NCBI GenBank assembly: GCA_964016885.1
Contig: OZ024743.1
Coordinates: forward strand, 65,782,001 to 65,846,000
Source: Eledone cirrhosa
Taxonomy: Eukaryota
DNA length: 64,000 nt
Direction of reading: 5' to 3'
The notes beneath the pieces were generated by a model that did not search any database, had not been told where the DNA came from, and saw nothing but the letters and a program-made list of their open reading frames with translations. The position numbers and the translations under genes were made by a program. Below, piece by piece: positions 61,410 through 64,000 of this stretch (positions within the stretch are counted from its first letter, which is position 1; the number at the start of each line of letters is the position of its first letter).

Positions 61410-64000
61410 ATATTTTAGAAAGTGAGGTTTTTTTTAAAAAACTACACGAGTGAAAGTATAAGGAAAAATATCAAATCGAGTCTTTTTTAAAAAAATATAT
61501 ATATTTATTTGGTTCCTTTACCGGTTTCGCAGTTATTCTGCTTTTCAAAAGTAGAGTTGAGATGGAGGGTCTGTGGTTTTTCTCACATCTGGTTGGTCTT
61601 TGAGTGTTACTTGTTTTATATGTAAAAAAGTGGCTCGAAATGTCAGGTTTTTAGAGAAGTAATTTGATTGGTTGGTGAATAAGCACATCAGCTTTCGCGC
61701 CAGTTTGTGTTTGAATTTCTTTTTACTTAAAAATTTGATTGATATAATTTGATTGGTTATAAATGAAATTATGACTGTCACGTGAACTGTCACATTAAAT
61801 TTTGCGCCCATATTTTTGAATTTTTTTTTATAGCCATTTAGGGAATTTTATGCCAAACAAAAGATATTGGTCAAGAAAAAAGGGATGGAGAGAGTTGTTC
61901 TAAGTATGACTGATGTGCTGAAATGTAATTTGATTGAGAAATATCCCAATGAGATACCTGACAGAATAGAAAAAAGCTTCATCACCGAGGGATTAAAATT
62001 TATTTTACAGAACAACTTTTTTGATTTCAATGGCAGTACTTACAAGCAAATATCGGCGACTGCGATAGGTACAAAAGCCGTTCCAACTTATGCCAACTTA
62101 GTCATGGCATACTTGGAAATCCAGATATTTGAACAGTCCAAATCAAAATACGGATTGAACTTCCACAAATATTTATCAGAGAATTGGAAACGCTACTTGG
62201 ATGATTGTCTCATCCTTTGGTCTCACACACTCGACCAACTAAATGATTTCAAAAATTTAATTAACGGCATCAATAACCACATCCAATTCACAATGGAATA
62301 GAGACAAGATCAACTCCCATTTCTGGACATTTTAATCTTAAAAAAAGATACAAATATTGAAACTGACATACATTACAAACCAACAGATTCCAAACAATAC
62401 CTGCTATTCACCTCCAACCATCCAAAGCACACGAAGACGAACATCCCTTTTAACCTAGCAAGAAGAATTTGCACAATTGTCTCCAATTATGAAACGCTAA
62501 ATAAAAGACTTCAAGAATTAAAGGAAATTCTACTCGAAAGACAGTACCCACCATGACTAATAAATAATGGAATAGAAAGGGCTAAAGCAATAGGCATCGA
62601 TGAATTATGAAAACAGAAACAAATTCAATGTACGTCCAATATTCTATCATATATCTCAACACACAAAACCCAAGAAATGCGGAAGCTTACAACACTATTC
62701 ACAAGAACATCCCACTATTGAAAGAAGACCCAATATTGAAAAAAGCCCTTGAAATACGCAAAATAATCAAAAGCAAAAGACAACCGAAATCACTAAAAAC
62801 ATTACTCACCAATGTCAAATTAACTACCACAAACCCACAACCAACTGTCAAAAAATGTGGTCGCTCTAATTGTAGAACCTGCACTCACCTCATTGAAGGC
62901 AACACGTATACATTTCAATCAGGACAACATTTTTCTGTAAAAAATCACTTCACTTGCTCATCAAAAATCTAATTTATGCCATTAAATGTAAAGGATGCAA
63001 TGAAGATTATATAGGACAAACTAAACTCACACTCAGAGACAGAATGACAGTTCATCGCCAACAATTACGAGATCCAACCACGAGATAGATACCACTAAGT
63101 GCATATCTAGACATATGCGCAAGTAATTAGACACTCAAATTCCAAGTCTTCTCATTTTATCTTTGCGCTGACAATACAACAGGACAAATACGAATAAATA
63201 AGGAAAATATGTTTATTAAAAAATATAGACTAGCATTAAATATAGTTTAATATACATTATGTCAACACCATTAATTGCTAACCATCCAAACAGACACATA
63301 CATAACACCTTTTCCTTTAGAAAATAAAAATCAGGACTAAATAAACCTTAAAATACGTTAATACTCTAACACCTTAGCATGCTAACCACACACCCCATAC
63401 ACACATAACTCCCTCCCCCATTTCTACTAACGGAATCATTTTCCTACACACACACACACAAAATATTCTCTCCATCTTAACATGCTAACCATACTCACAC
63501 ACACACAAACACATAAGACCCATACACACACACATAACACCCCCACACACACAACTCATTCCCCCATTTCTACTAATAGAATCACTTTCCTACACACACA
63601 CACAAACACAAAATATATATATTCTCTCCAACTTAACATGCTAACCATACTCCCACACACACATACACACACACACATATAACACCCATACACACACACA
63701 CACACAACTCTCTCCCAATTTCTATTAATAGGATCATCTTCCTAAACACACACACGTACACAAATAAACATACTTATCTCTACTTTCTTTATTTCAATAG
63801 AAAGTCTGAATTCTGACACCCCAGCACACCAGCCATATTCACTGAACCAGAACAATTCTCCCCATCCCATTTATCTTGATCATTATCTTTTGTTTGGCAC
63901 ATCTCTAAAAGACTACAATATGAATTCCCAAATACGGGCACGAAATTTAATGAACTTGTTCACGTGACAGTCATAATTTCATTTATAACCAATCAAATTA
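61410..64000 (+). mobile_element. Neptune-like PLE, 5'-truncated, with inverted 3' segment at its 5' side; runs off the right edge
   Basis: 61745-61822 is the reverse complement of 63922-64000; hammerhead at 61516-61551 (-); three degenerate 105-155 bp tandem repeats in the 3' UTR (63374-63790). Confidence 0.88.
61915..63250 (+). pseudogene. PLE RT plus GIY-YIG, with stops and frameshifts
   Basis: ILQNNFFDFNG..YKQISATAIGTKAVPTYANL, WKRYLDDC, IQFTME*..LPFLD..YKPTD..SNHPKH, KCGRSNCRTC, FTCSSK, IYAIKCKGC..YIGQT..RMTVH. Confidence 0.93.

Overview
Repeat-dominated, AT-rich eukaryotic DNA with no intact host gene. The SINE family and microsatellite content suggest an octopod cephalopod (inference). 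Bases 1-14870 are a 23-bp satellite with higher-order duplications. The rest is nested repeats: (TA)n/(CA)n/(TATG)n/(GA)n microsatellites, more than 15 tRNA-derived SINE copies, decayed non-LTR retrotransposons (CRE-like, RTE-like, R4/Dong-like), a mariner MITE and a Helitron-like element. Penelope-like elements (PLEs; Naiad-, Neptune- and Nematis-like) are unusually dense. The main signal is about 15 hammerhead-ribozyme (HHR) motifs. They sit in PLE termini and in non-coding, terminally redundant 520-600 bp units (retrozyme-like), mostly as fold-back insertions in (TA)n with both 3' ends pointing outward. Two HHR families carry a U3:A8 core variant. One family has all hammerhead core strands in a non-canonical, pseudoknot-like order with compensatory base changes. 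All calls are by eye; no database searches or folding programs were run.
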